From IMG/VR virus record IMGVR_UViG_2510461076_000001, positions 2,162-66,161 of that record: a stretch of 64,000 nt of DNA; one strand, written 5' to 3'. Under the pieces are notes generated by a model. That model did not search any database. It had not been told where the DNA came from and saw only the letters and a list, made by a program, of their open reading frames with translations. The stretch comes from a virus (lineage: Duplodnaviria; Caudoviricetes). How positions within the stretch are numbered: the stretch's first letter is position 1; every line of letters starts with the position of its first letter. Positions 25,670-35,380 of the stretch are shown piece after piece. A program made the position numbers and the translations under genes.

Positions 25670-26794
25670 ATGCCCCAGGTGCGTGTGAACGTCAGGTCGC
25701 TGGCGAACGTTAAGGCTGTCCGCAAGGAAAAGCGCAATGGCCGCGATGTCGTGATCGTGCCTTCGGCAACCCTGCCGGACGACATCATCATGAACGGGAT
25801 CAAGTATCCGTCCGAAGAGATCGAGAAGAGCTATCTGACGCTCAACCGGTCGCCGGCGCCGCTCGGTCACCCGCTCGTCAACGGCAAGTTCATCTCCGCC
25901 CGCGACCCGGAAGGCGTCAACATCGGCCATATCGGGGCATGGAACGAGAACGTACGCCGGGAAGGCGGCCGGGTGCTGCTCGACAAGGTGATCGACGTCG
26001 AGGTCGCCAACCGCACGGAAGGCGGCAAGGCTGTTCTGGCTGCGATCGAGGCCGGCGGCCCAGTTCACACCTCGACTGGCCTGCTCGCCACCATGGAAGC
26101 CGTCAACGCCGCCGATCACAAGCGGATCGCCCGCAATATGGTGTTTGACCATGACGCAATCCTCATCGGCGAGGAGGGCGCAGCCACCCCCGACCAGGGC
26201 GTCGGCATGCTCGTCAACGCCAAGGGCGAGATGGAAGATATCGAGGTCGTCAACTCCGCTCTGACGGATGCCGCCGATCAGGAAATCGACTGGGCGGGAA
26301 CTCGCCTCGTTGAAGCTCTCATGCGCCGAAAGAATGTCGGCCTGTGGGAAAAAACCAAGACCGCAATGATGGAAGCCTTGGGCTTCAACGAGCGGGAATC
26401 CTCAACCAACACGAAGGAAGACGAGATGCCTGTCACCGACGAGCAGTTCAAGTCGCTTTCCGATGAGGTCAAAGCCCTCTCGGGAAGCATGGCGAAGATT
26501 GGCGAGACGATCGCCAACTCCGTAACCGCCGCCCTCAAGCCGGTGCTCGACGCACAGGCTGAGATGGTCGCCAACCAGAAGGCCAAGGATGACGCCGAGC
26601 ACGCCACGCTCGTCACCAAGGTCGTCAACGCCAAGCTTCTCGATGAAGCGACCGCGAAGGCAACCCCTCTCGCCACGCTGCGTGCGCTGGCGCCTTCACC
26701 ACAGGCCGAAAAGAAGCCCGCAGCAGCGCTGAACTCCGCCTTCAAGGGCAGCGAACAGAGCTCGGGCTTCAAGCTTCCGAAGGGGGACAAGTAA
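25670..26794 (+). CDS. Head maturation/scaffold protein (DUF2213 type)
   Basis: PAPLGHP, DHDAILIGEEGAA motifs; helical C-terminal scaffold. Confidence 0.75.
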   Translation: MPQVRVNVRSLANVKAVRKEKRNGRDVVIVPSATLPDDIIMNGIKYPSEEIEKSYLTLNRSPAPLGHPLVNGKFISARDPEGVNIGHIGAWNENVRREGGRVLLDKVIDVEVANRTEGGKAVLAAIEAGGPVHTSTGLLATMEAVNAADHKRIARNMVFDHDAILIGEEGAATPDQGVGMLVNAKGEMEDIEVVNSALTDAADQEIDWAGTRLVEALMRRKNVGLWEKTKTAMMEALGFNERESSTNTKEDEMPVTDEQFKSLSDEVKALSGSMAKIGETIANSVTAALKPVLDAQAEMVANQKAKDDAEHATLVTKVVNAKLLDEATAKATPLATLRALAPSPQAEKKPAAALNSAFKGSEQSSGFKLPKGDK

Positions 26795-27241
26795 ATGGCT
26801 CGCTATAACAAGATCTTCGGCGGCCCTGTTCAGGAGAACATGCCGCAGGTGCACGAGGCGATCTGCGATACCGCAGTTCTGCCGGGCACTCTCGTCGTCC
26901 GCACCGCGGGCAAGTTCGTGCCCGCTGTAGCAGCCAGCAAGGGTCGTATGTTCGTCGTCCAGGACAACTATCTCGCCCTGAAGGACGTCGACACTGCTTG
27001 GCTGGCCGGTGACCGCATCATCGGCATGGAACTGATCGACGAACTTCTGTTCCGCGGTCGTGTCCCGACCGCCACCAGCATCACCCAGGATGCCCCGCTG
27101 TCCGCTAACGCGGCCGGCAAACTCATTCCGGCGACCACCGGCACGTTCGTCGTCGCGTTCGCGAACGAGACCTACAACAACATTTCTGGTGCAGACCAGC
27201 TTGTCAGCGTTCGCGCTGCCAAGGGCTACACCTTCGCATAA
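26795..27241 (+). CDS. Head decoration protein
   Basis: 148-aa beta-rich protein between scaffold and capsid. Confidence 0.65.
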   Translation: MARYNKIFGGPVQENMPQVHEAICDTAVLPGTLVVRTAGKFVPAVAASKGRMFVVQDNYLALKDVDTAWLAGDRIIGMELIDELLFRGRVPTATSITQDAPLSANAAGKLIPATTGTFVVAFANETYNNISGADQLVSVRAAKGYTFA

Positions 27242-27253
27242 GGAGCGACCGAC

Positions 27254-28294
27254 ATGCGCTATTTCGACGAACAGCTTGTCGCGAACTCTCGCGATCATGC
27301 TCGCTGGTGGGGAGAGGTCACGGCAGACCGTGAACACTTCCACCGTATCGAGGACCACATGGCGGAGCTTCACAACTCCGCTGCCATCCTGCCGCGCGAT
27401 GCATGGCAGGAACTCGACGATACTACCCGCCGCGTGATGCGCTCGGACGAAGGTTCTGTCTGGATGGACGACCTGATGCCGCTCGCAAAGCCGGTAAACA
27501 TCGGCAAGATCGTGGTTCTCAACCGCGTTTCCGGCGACGCCGGCGTGGTCACCCGGTCTCTCTCCGGCCAGGTACCGGTCGGCCTCGATAAGGTCGGCTA
27601 CGACTACCGGGGCACTGTCGTTCCTGTCTTCTCGTCTGGCTACGGCCGCGAGTGGCGTGAGTGGAACACCCTGCAGTCCGAGAACTTCGATGCTCTCTCC
27701 GACGACCAGGAAGCCATCACGGCGAAGATCCGCCGCGACAACGCGCTCTTCTGCCTCAATGGTGACCCGACCATCGTGTTCCAGGGTTACACGGCTTTCG
27801 GCATTAAGAACTCGCCGTATTCCAAAACGATCAACCTCGGCGCTGGCGCCGGCGGTGCCAACATCGACCTGACCACGGCCACGTGGGCGCAGCTTGATGC
27901 GTTCTTCACCGGCCCGTTCGGCGCGATGCTGGATGCCAACCTGATTGCTGGCCCGGTCAACCTGTATGTCTCTCCGGAGATCATGCGAAACCTCGATGCG
28001 CAGATCAACCCTTCCGCCGGATCGACGCTGGGGACTCGCCTCGAGCAGCTTATGAAGAACCGCCGCATCAAGAAGATTGCGGTATCCTTCGAGCTGACGG
28101 GCAATCAGTTCTTCGGCTTCGTGCCGTCGGCTGATTACATCCGCCCACGCGTCGGCATGGCAACCAACACGACCGCGATCCCGCGCAACATGCCGACGGC
28201 AAACTACCAGTTCCTCGTCATGAATGCGCTGGGTATCGAGATTCGCGCCGACATCAACGGTCGATCCGGCGTCTTCTATTCGGTCGTCGTCTGA
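27254..28294 (+). CDS. Major capsid protein
   Basis: 346 aa, strong AGGAG RBS, position in the head module, followed by a terminator. Confidence 0.8.
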   Translation: MRYFDEQLVANSRDHARWWGEVTADREHFHRIEDHMAELHNSAAILPRDAWQELDDTTRRVMRSDEGSVWMDDLMPLAKPVNIGKIVVLNRVSGDAGVVTRSLSGQVPVGLDKVGYDYRGTVVPVFSSGYGREWREWNTLQSENFDALSDDQEAITAKIRRDNALFCLNGDPTIVFQGYTAFGIKNSPYSKTINLGAGAGGANIDLTTATWAQLDAFFTGPFGAMLDANLIAGPVNLYVSPEIMRNLDAQINPSAGSTLGTRLEQLMKNRRIKKIAVSFELTGNQFFGFVPSADYIRPRVGMATNTTAIPRNMPTANYQFLVMNALGIEIRADINGRSGVFYSVVV

Positions 28295-28299
28295 TCTTT

Positions 28300-28325
28300 A
28301 GCCTCGCCAATCACGGCGGGGCATC
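28300..28325 (+). terminator. Hairpin after the capsid gene
   Basis: GCCTCGCC-AATCAC-GGCGGGGC stem-loop. Confidence 0.4.
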
Positions 28326-28349
28326 CCCTCATAATTCAGGAGAAATCCC

Positions 28350-28685
28350 ATGCGCATTCGCATCAAAGCGCCTGCGGGCCTTTCCTCGTCTGGCATCTAT
28401 GGTGCCGACGGCAAGGAACTCGCCATCGGCACGGAACTCGACGTCGAGAAAGAACCGACCGATCTGGTCGGCCGCTACGAAGTCGTTTCCGGCTCGACCG
28501 AAGGCAAGGAACCTGTCCTCAACTCCGCCTACGCTGTCGAGAGCAAGGGCGGTGGCTATTCCGTCATCACGAAGGACGGTGAGCCTGTCACCAAAGGCCT
28601 GCGCAAAGACGATCTCGAAGGCTTCGACACCCTGTCCGAAGAGGACAGAGCAGCCTTCGTCGAGCTTCACAAGAAAGACGCCTAA
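28350..28685 (+). CDS. Small head-associated protein
   Basis: AGGAGA RBS; acidic 111-aa ORF after the capsid gene. Confidence 0.7.
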   Translation: MRIRIKAPAGLSSSGIYGADGKELAIGTELDVEKEPTDLVGRYEVVSGSTEGKEPVLNSAYAVESKGGGYSVITKDGEPVTKGLRKDDLEGFDTLSEEDRAAFVELHKKDA

Positions 28686-28729
28686 CCCTTCCTACCTCCC
28701 GAAAATCCAGAGCAGCCAAGGAGATCACG

Positions 28730-30619
28730 ATGGCTCTTTCACCGAATCTTATTGCTGCTCTGGTGGGGGCTGGCGTTATTGCGCAGGGCGGACAGCTCAC
28801 GCTCGCAATCCGTCCAATTGCCAACCGCACCAAGCAGACATGGGCAACTGCTGGCGGTTCTGATGGCGTCAACACCTATGGGAAGTATCTTTCTCGCCAT
28901 AAGGTGAACAAGGGAGGCTGTTTCGGTCAGTTCGGCGCAGCTTACTGCAACCGGCGAAGCGAGGCCGTAGGTTTCAATTCGATTACTGTTTCCGCTCGCT
29001 ACCGATATCCTTCTGGAACGGGCAATTGGGTAGACGCCACATTTGGCGGCAACCCTTCGGTCACGCTGGCAAACAACGCCTCTGACGTGTGGATTGATCC
29101 GATTAATCTGCCAATGTCTGAGAATGCCTATTTTGATGAAGAGGTAACCGTCAACGTAGTGAGTGCCGGACAGAAGTGGCCCACGCTTGAGCGCGTTTCT
29201 CTTGCCGCTGCGAATGGGGAAGGCTCGCTTCTGTCGACATCGCCCATCGCCGGTACGCCGACGCCGCTGGACACGACTGAATTCTATGGTGCTGTCGCGT
29301 TTAGGGGCCTATCAACAGCTCCACGCGCCGTGGCAGTTTTCTCTGATAGCATCGGAAACGGCAACTTCGATGACCCGACGCGGGACCGGATAGGGTTTAT
29401 CCAACGCAAGTTCGGGGACTTGTTCCCGGTTCTGCAAGTTGGAACTGGCGGTGAGCTTGCATCTGATTGGTTGGTATCCCACTCTAAGCGCCTAGCCCTT
29501 GCTCTCGCCTCCGGCTGCACTGATGCATGGGTGCCGATCGGCACCAACGATATAGGTCCCACGGATTACGCAACGATGCGCACGCGCCTCAGTGCGATGA
29601 TCGCGGTTCTCGCTGGGGCTGGCTTTGCTGTTTCCGCGCTTCCAATATTGACCGTAACCGTAGGGAACATATCAACTCCCAAATCAGGCTATGAAGTTGG
29701 TGGCGTTGCCGATCAGCTTAATGCTTACTTTCAATATCTGGCATCAGGCGGTGGCGGCCTGCTATCTGGATTTATCGATACACGTCCAGGGTGGCAGAAT
29801 GCCGCCAACCAAATCTTGTCTGCGGCCTATACTGATGATTTCTTGCACCCGAATGTTGCTGGTCACGCAGCCGTTGCGGCGGGCATCGTAGGTGGATTGC
29901 CGGCATCCCTTCCGGCCGCTCCCATTCCCCCGGCATTCTGGACGGCATCGGCGACCTATCTGCGTGCGGAAAGCCTGAAGGCTCTCTATGCAGATGGAGC
30001 GGCCGTTACGGCTTGGTCGGACATCGACAACACCATGACGGCAGTCGAGGCCACCAATGCGCCCATTCTGGACTATGACGGCGCTCCCAATGCGAAGGCG
30101 GCGTTGCTGATTAGCGGCAATAAGCGACTCGTTGCTCCCGCTGGTGGACCTGGCGCGAACATCTTTGCAACGGACGGCCTGATGTTGATCGCATATAAAG
30201 CGGCAACGACTGGCGGGGGAGGTTTCGGCAGGCTTTATGAGGTAGGTGCCGAGCGTATCGGCCAGGCCGACGCCACTCGCATTTCGACCAACCTCGACTA
30301 CTCAACGACGGATGCAACGCAAAATATCACGTCGAGTTTCAACGTGTGGCACTGCCTCGCCCAGCGCTATCAGTCCGGCGTGTACCCCCCCGCGGTGGCC
30401 TTCGACAGTTTCAGCTTTGTGAACTCAGTAACGCCGGCAGGGTCACCGGTCGATAACAGCGCTTCACCGTTCTACATCGCCAACGCAGCGACCAACAATC
30501 GAGCATTGGACGGGGCGATCGCGGGGATTGCCTGGTTCAAGGGCGCCTCCCTTTCCGAAGACCAGATCGCCGCCGCTATAGCCTATTTCCGTGCTGATAC
30601 AGGGGTAGTCCTGTTATAG
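28730..30619 (+). CDS. SGNH/GDSL hydrolase with C-terminal LamG/ConA-like domain
   Basis: FSDSIG (block I), IGTND (block III), DFLHPN..GH (block V); beta-sandwich-like C-terminus; looks lower in GC than its neighbours. Confidence 0.75.
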   Translation: MALSPNLIAALVGAGVIAQGGQLTLAIRPIANRTKQTWATAGGSDGVNTYGKYLSRHKVNKGGCFGQFGAAYCNRRSEAVGFNSITVSARYRYPSGTGNWVDATFGGNPSVTLANNASDVWIDPINLPMSENAYFDEEVTVNVVSAGQKWPTLERVSLAAANGEGSLLSTSPIAGTPTPLDTTEFYGAVAFRGLSTAPRAVAVFSDSIGNGNFDDPTRDRIGFIQRKFGDLFPVLQVGTGGELASDWLVSHSKRLALALASGCTDAWVPIGTNDIGPTDYATMRTRLSAMIAVLAGAGFAVSALPILTVTVGNISTPKSGYEVGGVADQLNAYFQYLASGGGGLLSGFIDTRPGWQNAANQILSAAYTDDFLHPNVAGHAAVAAGIVGGLPASLPAAPIPPAFWTASATYLRAESLKALYADGAAVTAWSDIDNTMTAVEATNAPILDYDGAPNAKAALLISGNKRLVAPAGGPGANIFATDGLMLIAYKAATTGGGGFGRLYEVGAERIGQADATRISTNLDYSTTDATQNITSSFNVWHCLAQRYQSGVYPPAVAFDSFSFVNSVTPAGSPVDNSASPFYIANAATNNRALDGAIAGIAWFKGASLSEDQIAAAIAYFRADTGVVLL

Positions 30620-30634
30620 CCCTTGTCTTGGATT

Positions 30635-30937
30635 TTAGGATCCAGGCTTGATCTGCTTTTTGACGAAGGAGATAAAGCGACCCAGTATCGTCGTCCTGTC
30701 GACTCCTAGCACGGCCCATCCGTCCTTCGTCAATCGGACGTGCATATAAACGCCCATGGTGTCGCCCTGGTCACTCTTGATCAGACCGGCAACTTCGGCA
30801 GCCTGATAATAGACGTTTGCTCGAAACCTTTCGAATTCCGCGTCGAACATGGCGGCATCACCGCCAACGTCTGCAATTTCTTGAAGATATGATCGCATAC
30901 CAGCGTGAAGCCGGCTCTTAGGCAGGTTTGTCGTCAT
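30635..30937 (-). CDS. Counter-oriented hypothetical moron
   Basis: 100-aa ORF on the opposite strand inside the late operon. Confidence 0.55.
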   Translation of the reverse strand: MTTNLPKSRLHAGMRSYLQEIADVGGDAAMFDAEFERFRANVYYQAAEVAGLIKSDQGDTMGVYMHVRLTKDGWAVLGVDRTTILGRFISFVKKQIKPGS

Positions 30938-31051
30938 CTAGGTTCCCCAACCGAAGCGCGAACTAACACCAAAAGGGCGAGTGATAACAAGTGCAACATT
31001 TAGCCATTTCGCGGAATGGTTACTTAGTCGCAACATGTAGGAGATACCCCC

Positions 31052-31123
31052 ATGGCACTGACCGCTGTACAGGTTGCTGTCCTCGTGGCAGTCGGCGTCA
31101 TCACGCCTCCTGCTCAGAACTGA
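31052..31123 (+). CDS. 23-aa peptide MALTAVQVAVLVAVGVITPPAQN
   Basis: AGGAGA RBS at 31039-31044; resembles the N-terminus of the 28730 gene. Confidence 0.55.
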   Translation: MALTAVQVAVLVAVGVITPPAQN

Positions 31124-31137
31124 TCGGATAACCTCAC

Positions 31138-31647
31138 ATGGCTGGATACGGCGACGATGCAGGCTTCACGGCCTGGCTGAGTGATAACGGCTATTCTCTG
31201 CCGACGGACCCGGCGCCGCCGTCGGCGGCCGTCTTGCGCAACCGTGGCAGCAACTACATCGATGCGGTCTACGGCTCCCGCTTCCTCGGCTCTGTCGTGG
31301 ATGCCGCGCAGGAGCGTCAGTGGCCGCGCGAGGGCGCGATCGTCAACGGCAAGCTGCTGGCTTCGAACGTCGTTCCGGCCGCCGTGATCAATGCCTCGTA
31401 TCAGGCGGCTTATCAGGAAGCGGTGTCGCCCGGTTCGCTGTCGGTGGTCGGGTCCGCCTCGTCGGCGGTGAAGCGCGAAAAGGTCGGCCAGCTCGAAGTC
31501 GAGTACCAGAGCGCACAATCCGACGGCACGGCATCCGGCATCACGCCGCTGATCTCGATCGTCGACGGCATGCTGGCGCCTTACCTGCGCTGCGAGGATC
31601 TGGTCTATCTCGGCATCCTCTCGATCGGTGGCTCTCGCTGTGGCTGA
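31138..31647 (+). CDS. Head-tail adaptor (DnaT-like domain family)
   Basis: YIDAVY..RF.G....QERQWPR, KREKVGQLEVEY motifs. Confidence 0.75.
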   Translation: MAGYGDDAGFTAWLSDNGYSLPTDPAPPSAAVLRNRGSNYIDAVYGSRFLGSVVDAAQERQWPREGAIVNGKLLASNVVPAAVINASYQAAYQEAVSPGSLSVVGSASSAVKREKVGQLEVEYQSAQSDGTASGITPLISIVDGMLAPYLRCEDLVYLGILSIGGSRCG

Positions 31648-32008
31648 TCCGCTCTTCATTCGCCTGCAGGCGACCGCGCAGCGCCTCATCACCAAATACG
31701 GGCAGGCTGGCAAGATCCGCAGGGTGACGCCGCCTGACCCAATCAACGGCGGTGACGGCACCCCGACCGATTACGACTGCCGCCTGTTTCCGGCCACCTA
31801 TGACCGGCGCTATGTCGACGGCACGAACATCCTCGCGTCCGACAAGCATCTCTACATCGGCTCGATCGGGATTGGCGTCGCGCCGAAGGTCGGAGATCTC
31901 GCGATCGGCGCCGACGGCACGGAATATCACATCGTGGCGGATGACCCGCAAAATTACGATGGGATCATCAATGTAGTTTTCATCTGTCAGGGGAGAACGG
32001 CTCCATGA
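31640..32008 (+). CDS. Head-closure/head-tail joining protein
   Basis: Size, position, LITKYG and PKVGD motifs. Confidence 0.65.
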   Translation: MADPLFIRLQATAQRLITKYGQAGKIRRVTPPDPINGGDGTPTDYDCRLFPATYDRRYVDGTNILASDKHLYIGSIGIGVAPKVGDLAIGADGTEYHIVADDPQNYDGIINVVFICQGRTAP

Positions 32009-32199
32009 AGCCAACAGAGCTTTCCATCGCCATCGACCACACTTCGGTTGAGGCAACAACCGCAGCCTTCGAGAAGCTCAAGGGAGCCATCGAAGCGGTC
32101 AACGCAGAACTCGAAAAGCTGGGCGACAAGAAGCACGGCGGCATCATCATCGATGCCGTCGGCGCTGTCGTCTCCTGCGAAATCAAGCCTGCAGCCTGA
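32005..32199 (+). CDS. Small hypothetical protein
   Basis: ATGA-coupled 64-aa ORF. Confidence 0.55.
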   Translation: MKPTELSIAIDHTSVEATTAAFEKLKGAIEAVNAELEKLGDKKHGGIIIDAVGAVVSCEIKPAA

Positions 32200-32211
32200 A
32201 AGGACAGCAAC

Positions 32212-32382
32212 ATGACGAACGTCTTGCTCACCAAGAAGTACAAGGGCCGGGAAGCCGGTTCGATCCTGATGGACCTTGCCGACGGCGAGGCGACCGCGCT
32301 CGAAACCATCGGCGTCGGGCAGAAGCTCAAGGAAGAGCAGCCGGCGCCGAAAAAGAAGGGCGAGAAGGAAGGCACGGAATGA
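32212..32382 (+). CDS. Small hypothetical protein (56 aa)
   Basis: AAGGA RBS; MTNVLLTKKYKGREAG...; ATGA-coupled to the next gene. Confidence 0.55.
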   Translation: MTNVLLTKKYKGREAGSILMDLADGEATALETIGVGQKLKEEQPAPKKKGEKEGTE

Positions 32383-32708
32383 ACCGGCGCTCTTTCATGA
32401 AGGGCGCTGCCGGCGCGGTTGCCGTCGCCCCGGTAATAGCTTCGGTAGCGGTCGCAAAGCCGAATGGTCTTCGCGTTTCGTCGGAAGAAGGTGATGCCGG
32501 CTACCGGCCTTACTGTATCGCGCATGGCGACAGCAAGAAGGTGCGCATTTATCTCGATGGCATTGAGCAGAAATATGCTGTCATGGCAGATGAAACACTT
32601 GGCGCAGTCAAACGCGTGGTGCTGACGCCTTCGGATAACTTTGCCCACGACGGCCAAAATATCCTTTATGAGGAAGTCTATGGCGACGTCAGGATCGCAA
32701 TCGAATAA
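32379..32708 (+). CDS. Protein with twin-arginine signal peptide
   Basis: MNRRSFMKGAAGAVAVAPVIASVAVA. Confidence 0.65.
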   Translation: MNRRSFMKGAAGAVAVAPVIASVAVAKPNGLRVSSEEGDAGYRPYCIAHGDSKKVRIYLDGIEQKYAVMADETLGAVKRVVLTPSDNFAHDGQNILYEEVYGDVRIAIE

Positions 32709-33760
32709 TGGCAACCCTTCGCCAGCAGCTCCTTGAGCTCGTCGACAAGCTGTCACCGACGCTTGAGAAAGCCTTCCTCGACGCGATCGACGACATCAAG
32801 AGTGAGATCGTGCTGCGCGAGGTCGTGGCGAAGCTTGAGGCTCGTGACGTCGAGGGCGCCATACAGGCGCTGCATATCGACCCGGCGGCGTTCCGGCCGC
32901 TGTCTGAGGCGATGAGGCAGGCATATGATGCCGGCGGCCTGCTGACCTCGCAGAACATGCCACGCCTTTCCGATGCCTTCGGAAACCGCGTCGTCTTTCG
33001 CTGGGACGTGAGCAACCAAGGCGCAGAGGCGAATATCCGCAATCTATCGTCGACGATGATCACCAACATCAGCGAGCAGACGGTCGCGGCGGCTCGGCAG
33101 ACCATCGTCGAGGCCTATTCTCAAGGGGCAGGACCGAACAAGATCGCTCTCGACTTGGTGGGCCGGAAGTCGGCGACCACCGGCAAGCGGGAAGGCGGGA
33201 TCATCGGCCTGAACGGGCCGCAAGCAGAGCTTATCGAGCGGACGCGGATCAACCTACTGTCGGGCGATCCGGCGCTGATGCGGAAGTATCTGACGCTCAA
33301 GACGCGAGACAAGCGGCTCGACAACGCCGTGCAGCGCGCGATCGCCGCCGGCAAGCCGCTGGATAAGGACACACTCGACAAGGTGCTGATGCGCCTCCGA
33401 GACCGGAACTTGCGCCTGCGAGGCGAGACGATCGCCCGAACCGAGACCGTCACCGCGGTCATGTCCTCGAAGCATGAGGCATTTCAGCAGGCTCTGTCGA
33501 AGTCGGGCAGGGATGCCACCCTCGTTACCCGCAAGTGGCGGTCGGCCGGCGACCGGAACGTCCGCCATACGCACGTGGTCCTGAACGGCCAAGAGGTGAG
33601 GGGCATGGATCTCGCTTTCCAGTCTCCGAGCGGCGCGCTGCTGCGTTATCCCGGCGACACGTCCCTCGGCGCCGGCGCTTCCGAGGTCGTCGGCTGCCGC
33701 TGCGACGTCGAATACAATTTCGACTTTGCAGAAGCCTATGCCCGCTCAAGGGGCCGCTGA
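32708..33760 (+). CDS. Phage minor head morphogenesis protein (Mu gpF/SPP1 gp7-like)
   Basis: ETIARTET, KWRSAGDRNVRHTH, L.YPGD, GCRC motifs. Confidence 0.85.
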   Translation: MATLRQQLLELVDKLSPTLEKAFLDAIDDIKSEIVLREVVAKLEARDVEGAIQALHIDPAAFRPLSEAMRQAYDAGGLLTSQNMPRLSDAFGNRVVFRWDVSNQGAEANIRNLSSTMITNISEQTVAAARQTIVEAYSQGAGPNKIALDLVGRKSATTGKREGGIIGLNGPQAELIERTRINLLSGDPALMRKYLTLKTRDKRLDNAVQRAIAAGKPLDKDTLDKVLMRLRDRNLRLRGETIARTETVTAVMSSKHEAFQQALSKSGRDATLVTRKWRSAGDRNVRHTHVVLNGQEVRGMDLAFQSPSGALLRYPGDTSLGAGASEVVGCRCDVEYNFDFAEAYARSRGR

Positions 33761-34227
33761 TGGCCACCGAAAACCTTTCGTTCGCCGCCCAGGTATCGGA
33801 ATGGGCGATATCCGAGCTGGAGCGAAGTCAGGCGGTTTTTCAGACCGCTGCGCAGGAAGTCGCCAACGAAGTTCGGACGCCTGTGGCTGAGGGCGGGCGG
33901 ATGCCGCTCAAGACTGGCAATCTTCGCCGATCGCTGATGGCATCAACCGCTGACATGCCGAGGATACAAGAGGGCAAGACGACATTCTCGGATAGTGGGA
34001 TCGAGATGGTCATCGCCGGCGCCGAGCTCGGCAGCACGATCTACCTCGGCTTCCAGGCAGCCTATGCGCGCCGATTAGAGATGGGATTTGTAGGCGCCGA
34101 CTCTCTTGGGCGCCTATACAATCAAACTGGGTACGGCTTCGTTGCAGCAACTGCTCAGAGATGGCCACAAATAGTTGCGCAAGCCGAGCAAACGGTCCGT
34201 TCTCGCTTTGATCACGGTGGGACTTGA
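33760..34227 (+). CDS. HK97 gp10-like tail completion protein
   Basis: MPLKTGNLRRS, AYARRLEMG motifs. Confidence 0.75.
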   Translation: MATENLSFAAQVSEWAISELERSQAVFQTAAQEVANEVRTPVAEGGRMPLKTGNLRRSLMASTADMPRIQEGKTTFSDSGIEMVIAGAELGSTIYLGFQAAYARRLEMGFVGADSLGRLYNQTGYGFVAATAQRWPQIVAQAEQTVRSRFDHGGT

Positions 34228-34300
34228 GTTATAAAAAACGAGCCGAGAAGCTGCGCTAACAGCGACCCGGCTCTAACCGAAACGATCGTTGGTGGATCGA

Positions 34301-35209
34301 ATGGCTGAGGCGACTCTATTCGCAGCTCTTCCCGTGAGCAATAAGGGCAAGAACAAACCCAAGAAATTCAATGTGGACCCTCAGTGGTTCTATCAGAAAT
34401 ATGCAGTCGACCTCGTTCCGACATATCAGTTGGCGGACGAAATAGGATGCGTTAACGAGCACGTCAATTTCCTTGCCCGGCGTTTTGGCATTCCCATCCG
34501 TCCGAGACAGCCTAAAGCGAAGACGGTTGTCCGGGTCGAGTTTGATTTGAGCCGCGCCGCTTGGCTCTACGAGGTCATGAGGGTTAGCTGCAACGACATT
34601 GGCGAGCAGCTTGGGGTAAGCGGCTGCACTGTTCGCAAGCGCCTTCGGAGAGCTGGCTTCAACATCCGGCATCACAACGACACAAAGCGCGGAGCGAAGG
34701 CCAAAAATAGGATTGAGCTAGATGCAAAGAAGGTCATCAAGCTTTACCTAAAAAAGTACGAGAGTTCGCAGTCAGTCGGCGTCAAGTTTGGTGTGACGCG
34801 CTTCGTGATAGACCGTATCCTCAAAGAAAACGGCGTGCCGACCAAACCGATGTCAGAGGCGCGAAACCAATGGGGCGAGAAATCGCCGAACTGGCGTACA
34901 GACCTTACCGAACAGGATCGCGCCAAGCGGCGGGACATGTACCAGCAAGCGGAGTGGCGCGCGAAGGTCTACGCTCGCGACAACTACACTTGCCAGAAAT
35001 GCGGAAACGATGATGGCGGCAATCTTAACGCCCATCACATCGACCCGCATTGTCGAAATCGAGAAGCCGCATGGGATGTCGAAAACGGGATCACGCTATG
35101 CGCTCCCTGCCATCGTGCGTTTCATAGCCGGTATGGCTTAAAGCGCTGCACTAGGGCTGATCTTGCTGAATATCTTGCCGAAGCGGGTCCCGCCCCTCAG
35201 TCAGGATGA
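34301..35209 (+). CDS. HNH endonuclease with three HTH-like repeats
   Basis: YTCQKC..LNAHHI..NGITLCAPCHRAFH; three 'I...LGV....V...L...G' repeats. Confidence 0.88.
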   Translation: MAEATLFAALPVSNKGKNKPKKFNVDPQWFYQKYAVDLVPTYQLADEIGCVNEHVNFLARRFGIPIRPRQPKAKTVVRVEFDLSRAAWLYEVMRVSCNDIGEQLGVSGCTVRKRLRRAGFNIRHHNDTKRGAKAKNRIELDAKKVIKLYLKKYESSQSVGVKFGVTRFVIDRILKENGVPTKPMSEARNQWGEKSPNWRTDLTEQDRAKRRDMYQQAEWRAKVYARDNYTCQKCGNDDGGNLNAHHIDPHCRNREAAWDVENGITLCAPCHRAFHSRYGLKRCTRADLAEYLAEAGPAPQSG

Positions 35210-35363
35210 TCAAGGCCTTCTGCAGGACTTCGAGGTTAGCGACGGCTGCGCTGAGCACCGAATGAGCGTTCTGCGTCCGGACCGTTTTCTTGCTCAACAG
35301 CATCAACGCCTGATGGATCAGGTCGTAGACTTCCTCGTCGCTGAGCGGGTGATTATCGGCCAT
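35151..35363 (-). CDS. Counter-oriented small hypothetical protein
   Basis: 70-aa helical ORF. Confidence 0.55.
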   Translation of the reverse strand: MADNHPLSDEEVYDLIHQALMLLSKKTVRTQNAHSVLSAAVANLEVLQKALIILTEGRDPLRQDIQQDQP

Positions 35364-35380
35364 TGGCCAAGGGTTAGCAG

